Notes under the pieces: generated by a model
Seen by the model: only the letters and a program-made list of their open reading frames with translations
The model's database searches: none
What the model was told of the DNA's origin: nothing
Sequence record: ON529852.1
Length of the DNA stretch: 64,000 bases
Reading direction: 5' to 3' (one strand)
Position numbers and translations under genes: made by a program
Shown here: piece by piece, positions 8,752-18,387 of the stretch
Layout: each line of letters opens with the position of its first letter
Position numbering within the stretch: position 1 is the stretch's first letter

Positions 8752-8988
8752 TTAAGTCCAGCCGATCGCCTTGCTGAGTTCGGGCGTCCAGTCGCCCAGG
8801 GCGCGGAACCGGGCCTGGATGCGTTCCAGGATGGCGATCTCGGCGTCAAGGACCTCATGAAAGTCGTCGCGGCCCAGGGCATGGTTGGCGGGGGACGGCA
8901 GATGCCGCAGCCAGCGGCCCAACTGCATCTTGTCAGCGGTCTCGACCTGTTCGGGCGTCGGATAGAGGCTCATGCGCACGCCCGCCAT
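8752..8988 (-). CDS. hypothetical protein
   Basis: ORF in coupled chain. Confidence 0.65.
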   Translation of the reverse strand: MAGVRMSLYPTPEQVETADKMQLGRWLRHLPSPANHALGRDDFHEVLDAEIAILERIQARFRALGDWTPELSKAIGWT

Positions 8989-9599
8989 TCCGCGTGTTCG
9001 CGCAAGATCGCCGCCACTTCCCGCTCCTGCGGCGTTTCCGCATAGAGGGCGTCATGGCGCCGGCGCTCGACCCAGGATGCGGGCGGCCGGTAGGCCGCCA
9101 GCGCCTTGATGAAGAAGGGTGCGATCTCGTCCCACTCCATATAACCGTCCAGCGGATGGACGCTGGTGCGGCGATGCTCGGCGTGGGGATGCTTGTTGAC
9201 GCCGGCGTCGATCGCGCCGTCCCGACTATGCGGGTGCAGGCCGATGCGAACGCGGGCGCCGCGATACCGGGCGTAGAAGACCGTGCCGTCGGACAGTCGC
9301 CCTTCCCACTGACTGGGGCAGACCCGACAGGTCTGGACGACCTCGGCGAACACGTCGGGGTCCAGGCGGAAGTCGCGCACGTCGAAGCGCGTCCAACTGA
9401 AGCCGAGGTGCTTGTGGATCGCCCGGCTGCGGCGACCGGGTCGGGCCTGGGCGGTCATCGAATGGAACTGGGCGAAGACCGACCGCGCCAACAAGGAGGC
9501 GGGCGCGTTACGCCAGGCCCGCGAAGGTTCGTTTCGGATCAGCGCGCGCTGCCCACGCAGGTGCGGGAGCGGGCCGACATAGGTGGCGACAACGATCAT
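8970..9599 (-). CDS. hypothetical protein
   Basis: ORF in coupled chain. Confidence 0.7.
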   Translation of the reverse strand: MIVVATYVGPLPHLRGQRALIRNEPSRAWRNAPASLLARSVFAQFHSMTAQARPGRRSRAIHKHLGFSWTRFDVRDFRLDPDVFAEVVQTCRVCPSQWEGRLSDGTVFYARYRGARVRIGLHPHSRDGAIDAGVNKHPHAEHRRTSVHPLDGYMEWDEIAPFFIKALAAYRPPASWVERRRHDALYAETPQEREVAAILREHAEWRACA

Positions 9600-10096
9600 T
9601 GTTTGGCTTTCAACCGCCGCTCGACGCTCGGCGGCACGAGCCAGGACATATCCTCGCCGATGCGCGCGAGTTCACGGGCCATGCTGGAGGAGACGTGCAG
9701 GTAGTCCGACTGGCAGATCAGATAGACCATCGGCAGGTCAGGGGCGATCCGTTCCATGACGCCATGGATGCCGAACTCGTCGTTGAAATCGCTGGCCTGG
9801 CGGAAGGCGCGAACGAGGTGGGTCGCTTCCACGGACCGGGCGGCGGCCGCCAGGCTGCCTTCGAAGGCGAGCGTAAAGATGCGCGACGCGTCCTCGGGGA
9901 ACTGCGCCTTGCACGCCTCGTAGGCCATAAAGGACCGTTCTTTGGGTTCGAACAGTCCACGCTTGGCGGCGTTGCTGCCCACCGCCACATACAGGACGTC
10001 AAAGACGGTCAGGGCCTGACGGATCACGTCGAGATGCCCTCGGGTGATCGGGTCGAACGACCCGGCGTAGAAGCCGATTTTCGGCCCCTCGTTCAT
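9596..10096 (-). CDS. coaD: phosphopantetheine adenylyltransferase
   Basis: YAGSFDPITRGHLDV (HxGH), LVRAFRQASDFNDE and VSSSMAR match CoaD signatures; 166 aa is the expected size. Confidence 0.9.
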   Translation of the reverse strand: MNEGPKIGFYAGSFDPITRGHLDVIRQALTVFDVLYVAVGSNAAKRGLFEPKERSFMAYEACKAQFPEDASRIFTLAFEGSLAAAARSVEATHLVRAFRQASDFNDEFGIHGVMERIAPDLPMVYLICQSDYLHVSSSMARELARIGEDMSWLVPPSVERRLKAKQ

Positions 10097-10518
10097 GGAT
10101 GCAAGTCCAGCGGCGCCACGGCGCGTTCGATGGCGATCTTCGGGCCGAAGATGTAGGCGCAGGTGTCCAGCGGGAAGAGGTGCACCACAGAGCCGTCCAG
10201 CAGCGGGTAGGTCGGATCGTTGACCACCGCGCAGGGGAAGCCCAAGCGCGTGGCGATCGCCAGCGCCTCGTTCATCTGGCGGTTATCGCAACCCATCGAC
10301 AGGACCGTGCCGAAACCGCGATCCTCGGCCCACGCCTTGAGCCAGTTCTGCTGGGTGACCGTCCAGGTCTGGCGATCCTTGAGCGCCATCTGGGTGCCGG
10401 CGTGATGCGACTGGGCGTGCCCCTTGCCGGGGTTCATGGACTCCATGTCGGTGCGCACCAGCAGATAGACGCACAGCAGTTCCTCGGCGCTCTCGGCCGG
10501 GGTCGGCAAATCAGTCAA
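10093..10518 (-). CDS. peptidyl-tRNA hydrolase type 2 (Pth2)-like
   Basis: YLLVRTDMESMNPGKGHAQSHHA and later D-x-T/T-C-x-x-I-x-GP resemble the Pth2 motifs. Confidence 0.75.
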   Translation of the reverse strand: MTDLPTPAESAEELLCVYLLVRTDMESMNPGKGHAQSHHAGTQMALKDRQTWTVTQQNWLKAWAEDRGFGTVLSMGCDNRQMNEALAIATRLGFPCAVVNDPTYPLLDGSVVHLFPLDTCAYIFGPKIAIERAVAPLDLHP

Positions 10519-10814
10519 GCTTCATGTCCTTGCAGGGCGGGAAAGGCGTCGATCAACGCGTTCGCCAGTCGGGTCTTCGATCCTCCGAGAGGACCAGGGT
10601 AGAAGTGGTGGTAGACGACCTGTTCCACGGTCTCGACCAGAGCCGGTCCCGCGTTGGCCGGGGGACGCATCAGGGCGGTGATGACCGCCTCACGGTTCTC
10701 CAGCACAAAGAGCGCCAGAACTTCGCGGGCGGAGGGGTCTTCAGAAACCGACGCCGTGTCGCACGCCGACATCAACGCCCGCAGCTTTTCGACCCGTTTC
10801 AGGTCAATCGGCAT
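10515..10814 (-). CDS. hypothetical protein
   Basis: ORF in coupled chain. Confidence 0.65.
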   Translation of the reverse strand: MPIDLKRVEKLRALMSACDTASVSEDPSAREVLALFVLENREAVITALMRPPANAGPALVETVEQVVYHHFYPGPLGGSKTRLANALIDAFPALQGHEA

Positions 10815-11340
10815 CGGGATGCTCCTGGGCGCCCGGCGTCTTCGGCAACAGCAGCCACAGGGTCGGCGCCGGGCCGTCCCAGGGAATCAGTTGATCGGTA
10901 TCGGCGCGATACCATGACCACTCGTATTCATGGCCGGGATGATGGTCGACGGAGCCGACCGCCGCCCGCCACTCCTCCGGCGTGCCCCAGCGCGTGACCA
11001 TGCCGGACAACGGCGTCGCCCAGTCGGGTCCGCAGAACAGCACATCCGCCTGCTGAGCCACGGGGCAGGGCGCGCCGTCAATCAACCGGTTCCAGGTCGT
11101 GACGCCGCCGTAGAGGCGGTCGCGGGCGTCCTGCACGAACTCCGAACACTGACGCCCCGAGAAGGGCGCGGCCGGGTGCTCGCGCAGATGCGCCGCGATC
11201 GTCGTCATCGCGTCGTAGTCGTGCTGGTTCTGGTCGAACCGCCCCGCCAAGTCTCGGGCGATGGCGACCTGATCCACCGCAGGCGAGAGCCTTACGTTGA
11301 CCATGGGCGTGTCGAGGTTCATGCGGTCCTGAATGCTCAT
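10804..11340 (-). CDS. hypothetical protein
   Basis: Start MSIQDR, ATGA overlap with upstream small ORF. Confidence 0.7.
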   Translation of the reverse strand: MSIQDRMNLDTPMVNVRLSPAVDQVAIARDLAGRFDQNQHDYDAMTTIAAHLREHPAAPFSGRQCSEFVQDARDRLYGGVTTWNRLIDGAPCPVAQQADVLFCGPDWATPLSGMVTRWGTPEEWRAAVGSVDHHPGHEYEWSWYRADTDQLIPWDGPAPTLWLLLPKTPGAQEHPDAD

Positions 11341-11513
11341 GCGCACACGCACTGGCCCAGCAGCAGGCGCGCGCGTTGGGCGCGTTCGGCGGCACTCGGT
11401 ATCGCCTGGCGCTTGCCGTGCTCCTGACGGCGGCGCGGCGGGAGGACGGGGCTCTGGACAAAGGCTTCAAAAGCCTCGTCGCGGCCGGGGATGGTGTAGG
11501 TCGTCGAGTGCAA
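11337..11513 (-). CDS. small hypothetical protein (58 aa, not in ORF track)
   Basis: TTG start with GAGGAGG RBS directly after promoter repeat 11543; MHSTTYTIPGRDEAFEAF...CVCA. Confidence 0.6.
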   Translation of the reverse strand: MHSTTYTIPGRDEAFEAFVQSPVLPPRRRQEHGKRQAIPSAAERAQRARLLLGQCVCA

Positions 11514-11542
11514 TAGGTCCTCCTCAAATCGTCGGAGAGGGC

Positions 11543-11568
11543 GTAAAGGAACGATCAGCGACTGTCAA
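11543..11568 (-). promoter_or_regulatory. conserved phage promoter repeat (class I)
   Basis: TTGACA-GTCGCTGATC-GTTCCTTTAC. Confidence 0.8.
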
Positions 11569-12032
11569 CCATCCTGACTCACTTTCGGCCGCCGCCGCGC
11601 CTCCTTCTCAGCCCGACGCCATTCGCTGATGTCGCGGGCGATCTCGATGGTGTTCTCGGCGCAGACCTTCTGCCCCACGACCTTGACCAGGGCCTCGACC
11701 TCGTGGCGCTTGAGGTCCAGAGCGCACTTCATCGCCCGCACGAACCGTTCGAATTCCATGCTGGACCGCTCGCTCGCCACATAGAGGCGGATGATGACCT
11801 CGATCTCCTCGGCGCTGGCGGTCGGCTTCAGGCGGGCGACGCAATCGAGTCGGTAGCATTCTTCGATGTAACGCCCAAGCAGGGACAGGTTGAATCGACC
11901 GTCCAGGCCGATGTCGTGGTCGTCTTCCTCCCAGACGTGCGGCGCGCGCGCCGGCAGGATCGCGTCGCGGTAAAGGGCGAACGCGCGGCGCAGGACTTCG
12001 GGCGTGATATGGGTCGGGTCAAGCAGGTTCAA
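11565..12032 (-). CDS. hypothetical protein
   Basis: TTG start overlapping stop at 12029. Confidence 0.7.
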   Translation of the reverse strand: MNLLDPTHITPEVLRRAFALYRDAILPARAPHVWEEDDHDIGLDGRFNLSLLGRYIEECYRLDCVARLKPTASAEEIEVIIRLYVASERSSMEFERFVRAMKCALDLKRHEVEALVKVVGQKVCAENTIEIARDISEWRRAEKEARRRPKVSQDG

Positions 12033-12241
12033 CGACGCGCCTCCAGAAGCCGCAGCGCTTCTTCGAGCGCCTGCGAGCGTTTGACAAAAACCTTGTCGCT
12101 GATTTCTCCCGCGAGGTAGGCGTCGTGAGCCTGGCGCAGGCGCGTCAGGAGGAGACGACGGACGCGGTCGACGTTCGCCTGACGATACCACCGCCAGCCG
12201 AACCACGCCCCGACCACCAGGAGGATCAACAGTTCAGCCAT
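12029..12241 (-). CDS. small membrane-anchored protein
   Basis: N-terminal MAELLILLVVGAWFGWRWY; GGAGGAG RBS. Confidence 0.7.
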   Translation of the reverse strand: MAELLILLVVGAWFGWRWYRQANVDRVRRLLLTRLRQAHDAYLAGEISDKVFVKRSQALEEALRLLEARR

Positions 12242-12274
12242 GTTCTCCTCCTGTTCTACGTCAAAAACGGTCGT

Positions 12275-12616
12275 CTAGTTTGTGAAGCCCTCTGATTCGG
12301 CCCTACGGTCATTGTAGGCCTGCATCCAGGGATTCGCCGCGTAACGCCAGGTCCATGGGGTTTCGCCTGGCTTCGCCCCGTTGAAGGCGCACAACCATTT
12401 GTAGGCGCGCACCGACAACGGGTAGTTGTAAGCTTCACCGGTCCGCCCGCCAAGCCTAAAACTGGCGTGAATCTGTTCCGGCGTCAGATTTGCGGGCTCG
12501 TCGCGTCCCACCTTGATCTTGATCTCCGGAACCTGAACGTCCGATGACTCCGGCGGCTCCACGCTCCAGCCGGCTTTTCGCAGCAGCTTGATCGCCGCCT
12601 TGAGGTCTGCATCCAT
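12275..12616 (-). CDS. hypothetical protein
   Basis: Start moved to MDADLKAA. Confidence 0.65.
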   Translation of the reverse strand: MDADLKAAIKLLRKAGWSVEPPESSDVQVPEIKIKVGRDEPANLTPEQIHASFRLGGRTGEAYNYPLSVRAYKWLCAFNGAKPGETPWTWRYAANPWMQAYNDRRAESEGFTN

Positions 12617-12636
12617 GTCGCCCGCCTCAATTCGGA

Positions 12637-12912
12637 TCAGTATGTGTAGCCATCGTCGACCTCCGTCAGGGGATGGGACTCCTCCAGCATCTCCATAGCG
12701 CGTGCGCGCCAGCGCGCCCGCTCCTGCCGCTCCAGTTCCGCCCACGGGGCGTAAGAGGCGGTGGCGACAACGGCGGCGCGAACCTGATTATCCTGGGTCG
12801 ACAGCCCGCCGCTGTACCAGGACGCCCTGCCCTTGTCGAAAGACCGGCAATCGCTCTCGTAGAGGACGATCGCCACCATTTCGATGTCTGCCCGTGTCGG
12901 CGCCTCGCTCAT
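12637..12912 (-). CDS. hypothetical protein
   Basis: ORF in coupled chain. Confidence 0.65.
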   Translation of the reverse strand: MSEAPTRADIEMVAIVLYESDCRSFDKGRASWYSGGLSTQDNQVRAAVVATASYAPWAELERQERARWRARAMEMLEESHPLTEVDDGYTY

Positions 12913-13292
12913 TGGACGACGTCCGGCGCAGGGACGATCGGCTGGGTCACGGCCGCATACTGGTTCATGAAGGCCGACACCAGGGAGGCGTCCTCAAGGG
13001 TGGCGTGGAAGGTGTAGACGCCCAGACGCCAACGATCCTTGTCCGCCTTGATCTCGGCGGTCACGACGCCGTCGCCGGCCTCGGGCACGCCGGTGCGCAC
13101 CCACGTCAACACGTCTTCCTTGATCCGGTCGCCCAGCCAGAGCGCCTCGCCTTGGGCGACGATGTCCTCGATCACCATGATCGCCAGGATGTGATCGTTC
13201 GGCCCCTTCATGACGCCGACCTTGATAGACTGGTCGGCGACGGTGAAGTGTTCCGCGTCGTCGAGGTGCTTGGTCAGATCATGTGTCAGCAT
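12909..13292 (-). CDS. hypothetical protein
   Basis: ORF in coupled chain. Confidence 0.7.
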   Translation of the reverse strand: MLTHDLTKHLDDAEHFTVADQSIKVGVMKGPNDHILAIMVIEDIVAQGEALWLGDRIKEDVLTWVRTGVPEAGDGVVTAEIKADKDRWRLGVYTFHATLEDASLVSAFMNQYAAVTQPIVPAPDVVQ

Positions 13293-13746
13293 TGCGGGTG
13301 CTCCCCGCCAGGCGGGCGAACCAGCCGGGCTTCTTGGCGTCAGGCGCCGGCGCGGCGGCGGGTTGAGGATGGTCGGGCGCCCCGAAGGCGCGGGGGCTGA
13401 GCCCGCCGACCGTGACAGGCTTCACCGTAGGTTTGTGGCCCAGCCTGGCGATTCGGTCCAGTTCCTTCCGGACATCGGGCCACAGGTGATCTTCGTCGAA
13501 GTAGATTTCACCGACGACGCGGCACTCCGCGCGTCGCCGCACCATGACGCCCATGCAGAACAGCCAGAACTCGTCGCGCGCCTGGCGCTTCAGATAGTCG
13601 GAGTGGCCGGTGAACAGCGTCTGCTGTTCGAACATGATGTCGAAGGCCGAGAAACCGGTCTTGCCGTGTTCAGGGCACTCCCACAGGCGCGGCGCCATGT
13701 CGCCGGCGCTCGCTTTGGCGCTGCACACGCAAGGGACCCGGCCCAT
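13279..13746 (-). CDS. hypothetical protein with Cys/His clusters
   Basis: CVCS, ECPEHG motifs. Confidence 0.65.
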   Translation of the reverse strand: MGRVPCVCSAKASAGDMAPRLWECPEHGKTGFSAFDIMFEQQTLFTGHSDYLKRQARDEFWLFCMGVMVRRRAECRVVGEIYFDEDHLWPDVRKELDRIARLGHKPTVKPVTVGGLSPRAFGAPDHPQPAAAPAPDAKKPGWFARLAGSTRNADT

Positions 13747-15494
13747 CAGCGGCGCTCCGCCAGGGCGTGCAGCCGCTGTTCGAGGTCGATCACACGGTCT
13801 TCGATGGCGGCGGCCTGGTCTGAGACTTTCTCGGCCGCCGCATCCAGCATCACCTTGGTGTCGACCTTGATCTGCTCCATCAGGGCGGACTGACGCGCCT
13901 CGATCTGCTCGACCTCATGAGCGCCGTCGTCGAACAGCTTCTCCTGAAGCGTCTTCAAGGCCTTGACCTCGTCCTTCAGGGCCTCGATCTCAAGCGCGTC
14001 CTGCGAGGACGTCTCGTTGATGTCGGGGCCGTACAGCATGGCCTCACGCCGTTCCGCCACCCACTCGGCAGGAACCCCCAGAAGGGCCGCCAACGCGGCG
14101 TCCGAGAAGTCCCCGGCGTAGTAGCCGCCTTCGCCGTTGCTGGTGGCGCGCACATAGTGATCGTTCAGCGCCTCGCCGATCTTGATCCGGTCCAGAACGC
14201 CAGGAGCCGAAGGCGTCACGGTGTTGTCGTGGATAGGCATGGGAGCCGGCTTGGCGTTCATCGGGGTCTCCGGCTTGGGGGGTTGAGGGGCAGGCTCGAC
14301 GAGCCGCAGGCGGGGTGGGGCGGACGCGCGCACGGCCTTTGCCTGTCGGCGAGACTCGGCTTCGGACTTGCGCGCCTCGTTGCGCTCGGTCCACTCTTCG
14401 AGGGTCAGGCCCGCCTTGGCGGCGAACTTCATATTGCGTTTGAGGGACATGCGCGCGACCCGGTCGGCGTGCTCCTCCGGCGTCATGCTGTCCCAGCCTC
14501 CGGTGCGCTTGACCCGGTTGGGCGCCTTGCGCGCCGGCGCGGGCTCCGGTGAGGAGACGACCGCCGTCGGCGCGGCGATGGGTCGGGGTGCGGGGGGCTT
14601 GGGGTTCACGACGGGCAGAGGCGCCTTGCGGGCCTTGCCGACCATCTTGACGCCTCGACGGTCGTCGCGGGCCTGATCCGAAATCAGCTTGTCGAGCGTC
14701 GCCTGGTCCTCAGGCGAGCGCGGCGGCCTCTGGGCGCCGGCCTGCTTGATCTTGTCGGTCTGCGCCTTGACGAAGGCGGCGCCCAACGCGGTGTCGGGAC
14801 GTGCGGTACGGGGCTGCATGGGTTCGACCTCCTTTACGGGATGGGACGGTGGCATGTCATGGGCGTTGACCTGCTCCATCAGAGGGATCAGCGTGGCGGC
14901 GTCTTCGTCAAGTTCCGCCATCAGGACATGGATTTGCTCGATACGGACTTCGATCTCGGCCAGGACGTCCTCGTCCAGAAGGTGATCACGCCGCGCGCGT
15001 TTAAGGGCGGCCTGAAGCAGCACCTCCGCCCGCGTCTGGAGTTTGGCGGGCAGGGCGCGGCCTTCCTCGGCGTGTTCGACCTCGATCGCCGCCATGATGA
15101 ACCCCAGCAGGGGGTAGTCCTGATAGAGGACGTCGTATTCCTTCTGCCGGGTGTATTCCGGATCAAGCGCGACGCGGCTTTTGAGTTTCTCGCTCAGGTC
15201 CGCCAGCGCCGCCTGCCGCTTGTCCTGAGGCACGCAGGCGATTTTACTACGCGCGGCGCAGCTAGGGCAGACATCCTTGTTGCGGTGGGCGCCCATCTTC
15301 CAGCCGAGCCTGCGGCGGAACATCTTGGCGCCGGCTTCCGGGGGCACGGACCCGGCGTTGTTGGGGATCAGGATCGATCCCTCGGCGTCGCAGTTTCGGC
15401 AGAAGGCCAGGATATGCGATTTGTAATCGTCGGTGCCTGGAACTTTACGGGTTTCGGTCGGGAACGCGGTACGCGATGACGCTTGACGAATCAT
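13746..15494 (-). CDS. large hypothetical protein: N-terminal zinc finger, Pro/Ala/Lys-rich linker, HTH-like segment, C-terminal coiled coil
   Basis: FCRNC...CPSC; low-complexity middle; SDAALAALLGVPAEWVAERRE; heptad-rich C-terminus. Confidence 0.7.
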   Translation of the reverse strand: MIRQASSRTAFPTETRKVPGTDDYKSHILAFCRNCDAEGSILIPNNAGSVPPEAGAKMFRRRLGWKMGAHRNKDVCPSCAARSKIACVPQDKRQAALADLSEKLKSRVALDPEYTRQKEYDVLYQDYPLLGFIMAAIEVEHAEEGRALPAKLQTRAEVLLQAALKRARRDHLLDEDVLAEIEVRIEQIHVLMAELDEDAATLIPLMEQVNAHDMPPSHPVKEVEPMQPRTARPDTALGAAFVKAQTDKIKQAGAQRPPRSPEDQATLDKLISDQARDDRRGVKMVGKARKAPLPVVNPKPPAPRPIAAPTAVVSSPEPAPARKAPNRVKRTGGWDSMTPEEHADRVARMSLKRNMKFAAKAGLTLEEWTERNEARKSEAESRRQAKAVRASAPPRLRLVEPAPQPPKPETPMNAKPAPMPIHDNTVTPSAPGVLDRIKIGEALNDHYVRATSNGEGGYYAGDFSDAALAALLGVPAEWVAERREAMLYGPDINETSSQDALEIEALKDEVKALKTLQEKLFDDGAHEVEQIEARQSALMEQIKVDTKVMLDAAAEKVSDQAAAIEDRVIDLEQRLHALAERR

Positions 15495-16273
15495 AGGCGG
15501 CGCAGACCCAGGCTGGAGACGCGGTCGTCTTTGTAGAGCACTTCACGAACGACGTAATCGCCCCAGAGGTCCTCATTGTCCGTGCGGTCCCAGCCGAGCG
15601 ACAAAGTCGCGTGGGTCTCGGCCAGGTCGATTTCGTCCTGTGTGAGGGTCAGGCTGACGTCGTCCATATCGGCGAACATCAGCGTGACCGCGTGGCCGTC
15701 GGGCGTTTCAGCCCCCGGCAGTTCCCCGACCGAGACAAAACGGCCGTCCTGCATCTCGGCGGGCGGACGCAGGAACCAGGCGCCGTCGACTTCGTCGCGG
15801 TAGATGGTTAGGGCGGCGCCGTCGGTCAGGGGGTGCTCGGTCTGGAGCATGCCCACCGCGTGAACGGCGTAGGTGGTGCCGCGCTTCTTATGGCGCAGCG
15901 TCGGGCGTTCGGCCGCCTCCGCAAGCAGGATCAATGCGGTCTGGACGGCCTCGGCGCGCTCGTCGCGCATCTTGATCTCGCGATCCATCTCTTCGCGCGA
16001 GAAGGAGCCTTTTTCCGTCCCCTCAGACAGGTGATCCAGCCGCTTGGACTCGAATCGATCATCGATCAGCAGCGCGTTGAGGACGTCGAGAGCCTTGCCG
16101 GCGCGGACGCCGCCGATCGGCTGCGTCAGTTCAGTCCATATGGCCCTATGCTCGTCCAGGGCCTTGCGGGCCGCTTCGCGATGGTGATCGCTGTAGAGGT
16201 TGCCGTCGGTGTCAAGGACCTGCTGGTTCTGGCGTATCTGTTCTTGATGGAAGGCTAGGGCGCGCTCGAACAT
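15491..16273 (-). CDS. hypothetical protein with DUF1653-like segment
   Basis: LRHKKRGTTYAVHAVG...IYRDEVDGAWFLRPPAEMQDGRF resembles DUF1653 (YRHYKG...VY...WVRP...F...RF). Confidence 0.55.
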   Translation of the reverse strand: MFERALAFHQEQIRQNQQVLDTDGNLYSDHHREAARKALDEHRAIWTELTQPIGGVRAGKALDVLNALLIDDRFESKRLDHLSEGTEKGSFSREEMDREIKMRDERAEAVQTALILLAEAAERPTLRHKKRGTTYAVHAVGMLQTEHPLTDGAALTIYRDEVDGAWFLRPPAEMQDGRFVSVGELPGAETPDGHAVTLMFADMDDVSLTLTQDEIDLAETHATLSLGWDRTDNEDLWGDYVVREVLYKDDRVSSLGLRRL

Positions 16274-16300
16274 GGGACCTCCGTTGATGTCGTCACCGGT

Positions 16301-16326
16301 GTAAAAGAATGATTTGCGGGTGTCAA
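16301..16326 (-). promoter_or_regulatory. conserved phage promoter repeat (class I)
   Basis: TTGACA-CCCGCAAATC-ATTCTTTTAC. Confidence 0.8.
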
Positions 16327-17009
16327 CCCAGCGCGGCGTCGAAAGCCTTTTGGCGCTCTTCGGACAGGTCGACGAACGCCGTCACCGCCCAGAACGCAAC
16401 ATCCTCGTCGCCGACCATGCCCAGGATGAGAGCCTGAGCGGCGTCAAAGGCCTCTTGGAAATCCTTCGCCTCAAGCCGGGTGATCTGGTTGGCGATCTCC
16501 ACGCTGTAGGCGGCGTCCGTCTTGGCGTAGCGCAGCCATCCGACGGGGCTGCCCGCGACCGCCAGGATACATTGCAGCGACAGGTCGGAGCGGGGCGGCA
16601 GCCGGCTGGTGACGTCCTGGACCGTGATCTGATCCTCCACAGGGTAGTCGGCCGTGGCGGCGATCGTCATCAGGGCGTCGTCGCGCAGGGCCTCCAACTT
16701 GGCGCGCACCGCCGCGAACGATTCTCCCTGAAAGTCCCGCATCAGGATTTTCAGGATGTTCAGCGCCCGCAGCGCGGCGTCGCAGACCACTTTGTTCGGG
16801 GCCAGGCCCTCGGGGCAGGCGGCGATGAAGCGGTCGGGGTCATAGCCCACGACCCGACCGTCGTCGGAGGCGACCCGACACCATTCCTGGGCGCCGCAGC
16901 CGGAGTGCCCGTCGTAGGAGGAGTGGACCCGGTAGGCGCGTCCGGCGGTCATGCGATCGCTGTCGATCAGGTTGACGACAAGCTGGTTGGCCGCGAAGGT
17001 GAAGGACAT
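16323..17009 (-). CDS. hypothetical protein
   Basis: ORF; stop lies within the -35 box. Confidence 0.7.
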   Translation of the reverse strand: MSFTFAANQLVVNLIDSDRMTAGRAYRVHSSYDGHSGCGAQEWCRVASDDGRVVGYDPDRFIAACPEGLAPNKVVCDAALRALNILKILMRDFQGESFAAVRAKLEALRDDALMTIAATADYPVEDQITVQDVTSRLPPRSDLSLQCILAVAGSPVGWLRYAKTDAAYSVEIANQITRLEAKDFQEAFDAAQALILGMVGDEDVAFWAVTAFVDLSEERQKAFDAALG

Positions 17010-17020
17010 GCGGGTTCCTC

Positions 17021-17821
17021 TCAGAAAGGGCGGATGACGGCGTCGGTCAGGCGAATCGCCAGGGGATCGCCGGAGGTGGAATAGCGTAGGAAGACTTCGG
17101 CGGTCCCGGCGGCGATCAACTTGCGCACCGTCTCGATGTCGACACTCCAGGCGTCCTCTGGCAGGGTGATCACGCCAGGGTCCAAGGTGTCGCCGATGAC
17201 CGACTTGACCGACCAGCGCCCGCCCCTGGTCTTGAACAGGCTGTAGGAGTTTCCAGGCTCCAGCATCCGGCGCTGAACTTCGATCAGCGCGGCGGCGTCC
17301 GCCTTGTCCTTTTCAGCCTTGATGCGCGCCTTCGCGGTGCGGCGCGCGTCCCGGCGCATCTCCCGCTCATTCGGCTGGAGACCTGACCACAGGATGTCGC
17401 CGTCGAGGCGAGCGGCGAAGCCATAGCGCCGTATCACGTTAAAGACGGACTGGTTGCGACCGATCAAAGGCGTGAAGACCTTGCGGAGCGACTGGGCGTC
17501 GGCTGCGTGCGCCTCGGGAGCCCGCGCAAAGAGTTCCGCGCTGGTGAGGGCGACGCTGCTGTCGTCCAGACTGGCGACCCAGAACCAGCCGCGCCGCCAG
17601 GCGTAACCGGGCTCGTCGCTCTCGATCGGCCCTTCTTCCGGCTCAAACTGCGGCCAGGCGGCATGGACTTCGGCGCTGAGTTCGCTGGAGGCGAAATGGC
17701 TCTGGAGCGCCATGTCTTGCGCCGACTTCAAGGCGGAGGCCTCGTCGCGCGCCATGACGTGAACCTGAATGCGGTTGGTCTGCGTGACCAAGACGCTGTA
17801 GTTCCGAAACTCGTCGCTCAT
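17021..17821 (-). CDS. hypothetical protein
   Basis: ORF with GGAGGGG RBS. Confidence 0.7.
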   Translation of the reverse strand: MSDEFRNYSVLVTQTNRIQVHVMARDEASALKSAQDMALQSHFASSELSAEVHAAWPQFEPEEGPIESDEPGYAWRRGWFWVASLDDSSVALTSAELFARAPEAHAADAQSLRKVFTPLIGRNQSVFNVIRRYGFAARLDGDILWSGLQPNEREMRRDARRTAKARIKAEKDKADAAALIEVQRRMLEPGNSYSLFKTRGGRWSVKSVIGDTLDPGVITLPEDAWSVDIETVRKLIAAGTAEVFLRYSTSGDPLAIRLTDAVIRPF

Positions 17822-17852
17822 AAGCCCCCTCCGATCTATTCTACGTCACTCC

Positions 17853-17878
17853 CTACGGCAGTGAATGCCGGCTGTCAA
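17853..17878 (-). promoter_or_regulatory. sigma70-like promoter (class II)
   Basis: TTGACA-17nt-TAGGGA in intergenic gap. Confidence 0.55.
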
Positions 17879-17883
17879 CGACC

Positions 17884-18387
17884 TCAAGCCAGAACATCAT
17901 GCTCCGTGAGAACGGGCTTCGTCGACAGCGCCTTGACCACCTCGGTCCAGAGCGTGGCCCGTTTCAGCCGTGCGTGGGCCATCAACTTCTCCACGGCGCC
18001 CGACGTGTCGAAAACAGCCCGGATTCCGAAGTCGCGCATGGTTTGGGTCTGAGCCTGTGCGATCTTCTCGCCATGCTGGGCCAAGACCGGCTCGATTTGC
18101 GCGCGATAGGTGCGGAGCCCTTCGCCGGCGTCTTCCCAAGCCTTGTCCAACATCGTCTTCAGCGTCGTGATCTGGGCGACGTTGTCGCTTCGGGTGACGA
18201 TGGTGTTCGGCGGGATCGTGACGAGTACGTCCTTAGGGTCGCGATCATGACGCAGACCCAGGCATCCGCCAGGAAACTCATAGAGGAGTCGGTAGACCGA
18301 GCACGATCCGGGATCGCTGACGACGTCCGCCACCAGGGCATAGGCGTGCTGGGTCACTGCGTGGGCTGGATCAGGGGTCAGGGTCAT
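17884..18387 (-). CDS. hypothetical protein
   Basis: ORF in coupled chain. Confidence 0.7.
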   Translation of the reverse strand: MTLTPDPAHAVTQHAYALVADVVSDPGSCSVYRLLYEFPGGCLGLRHDRDPKDVLVTIPPNTIVTRSDNVAQITTLKTMLDKAWEDAGEGLRTYRAQIEPVLAQHGEKIAQAQTQTMRDFGIRAVFDTSGAVEKLMAHARLKRATLWTEVVKALSTKPVLTEHDVLA

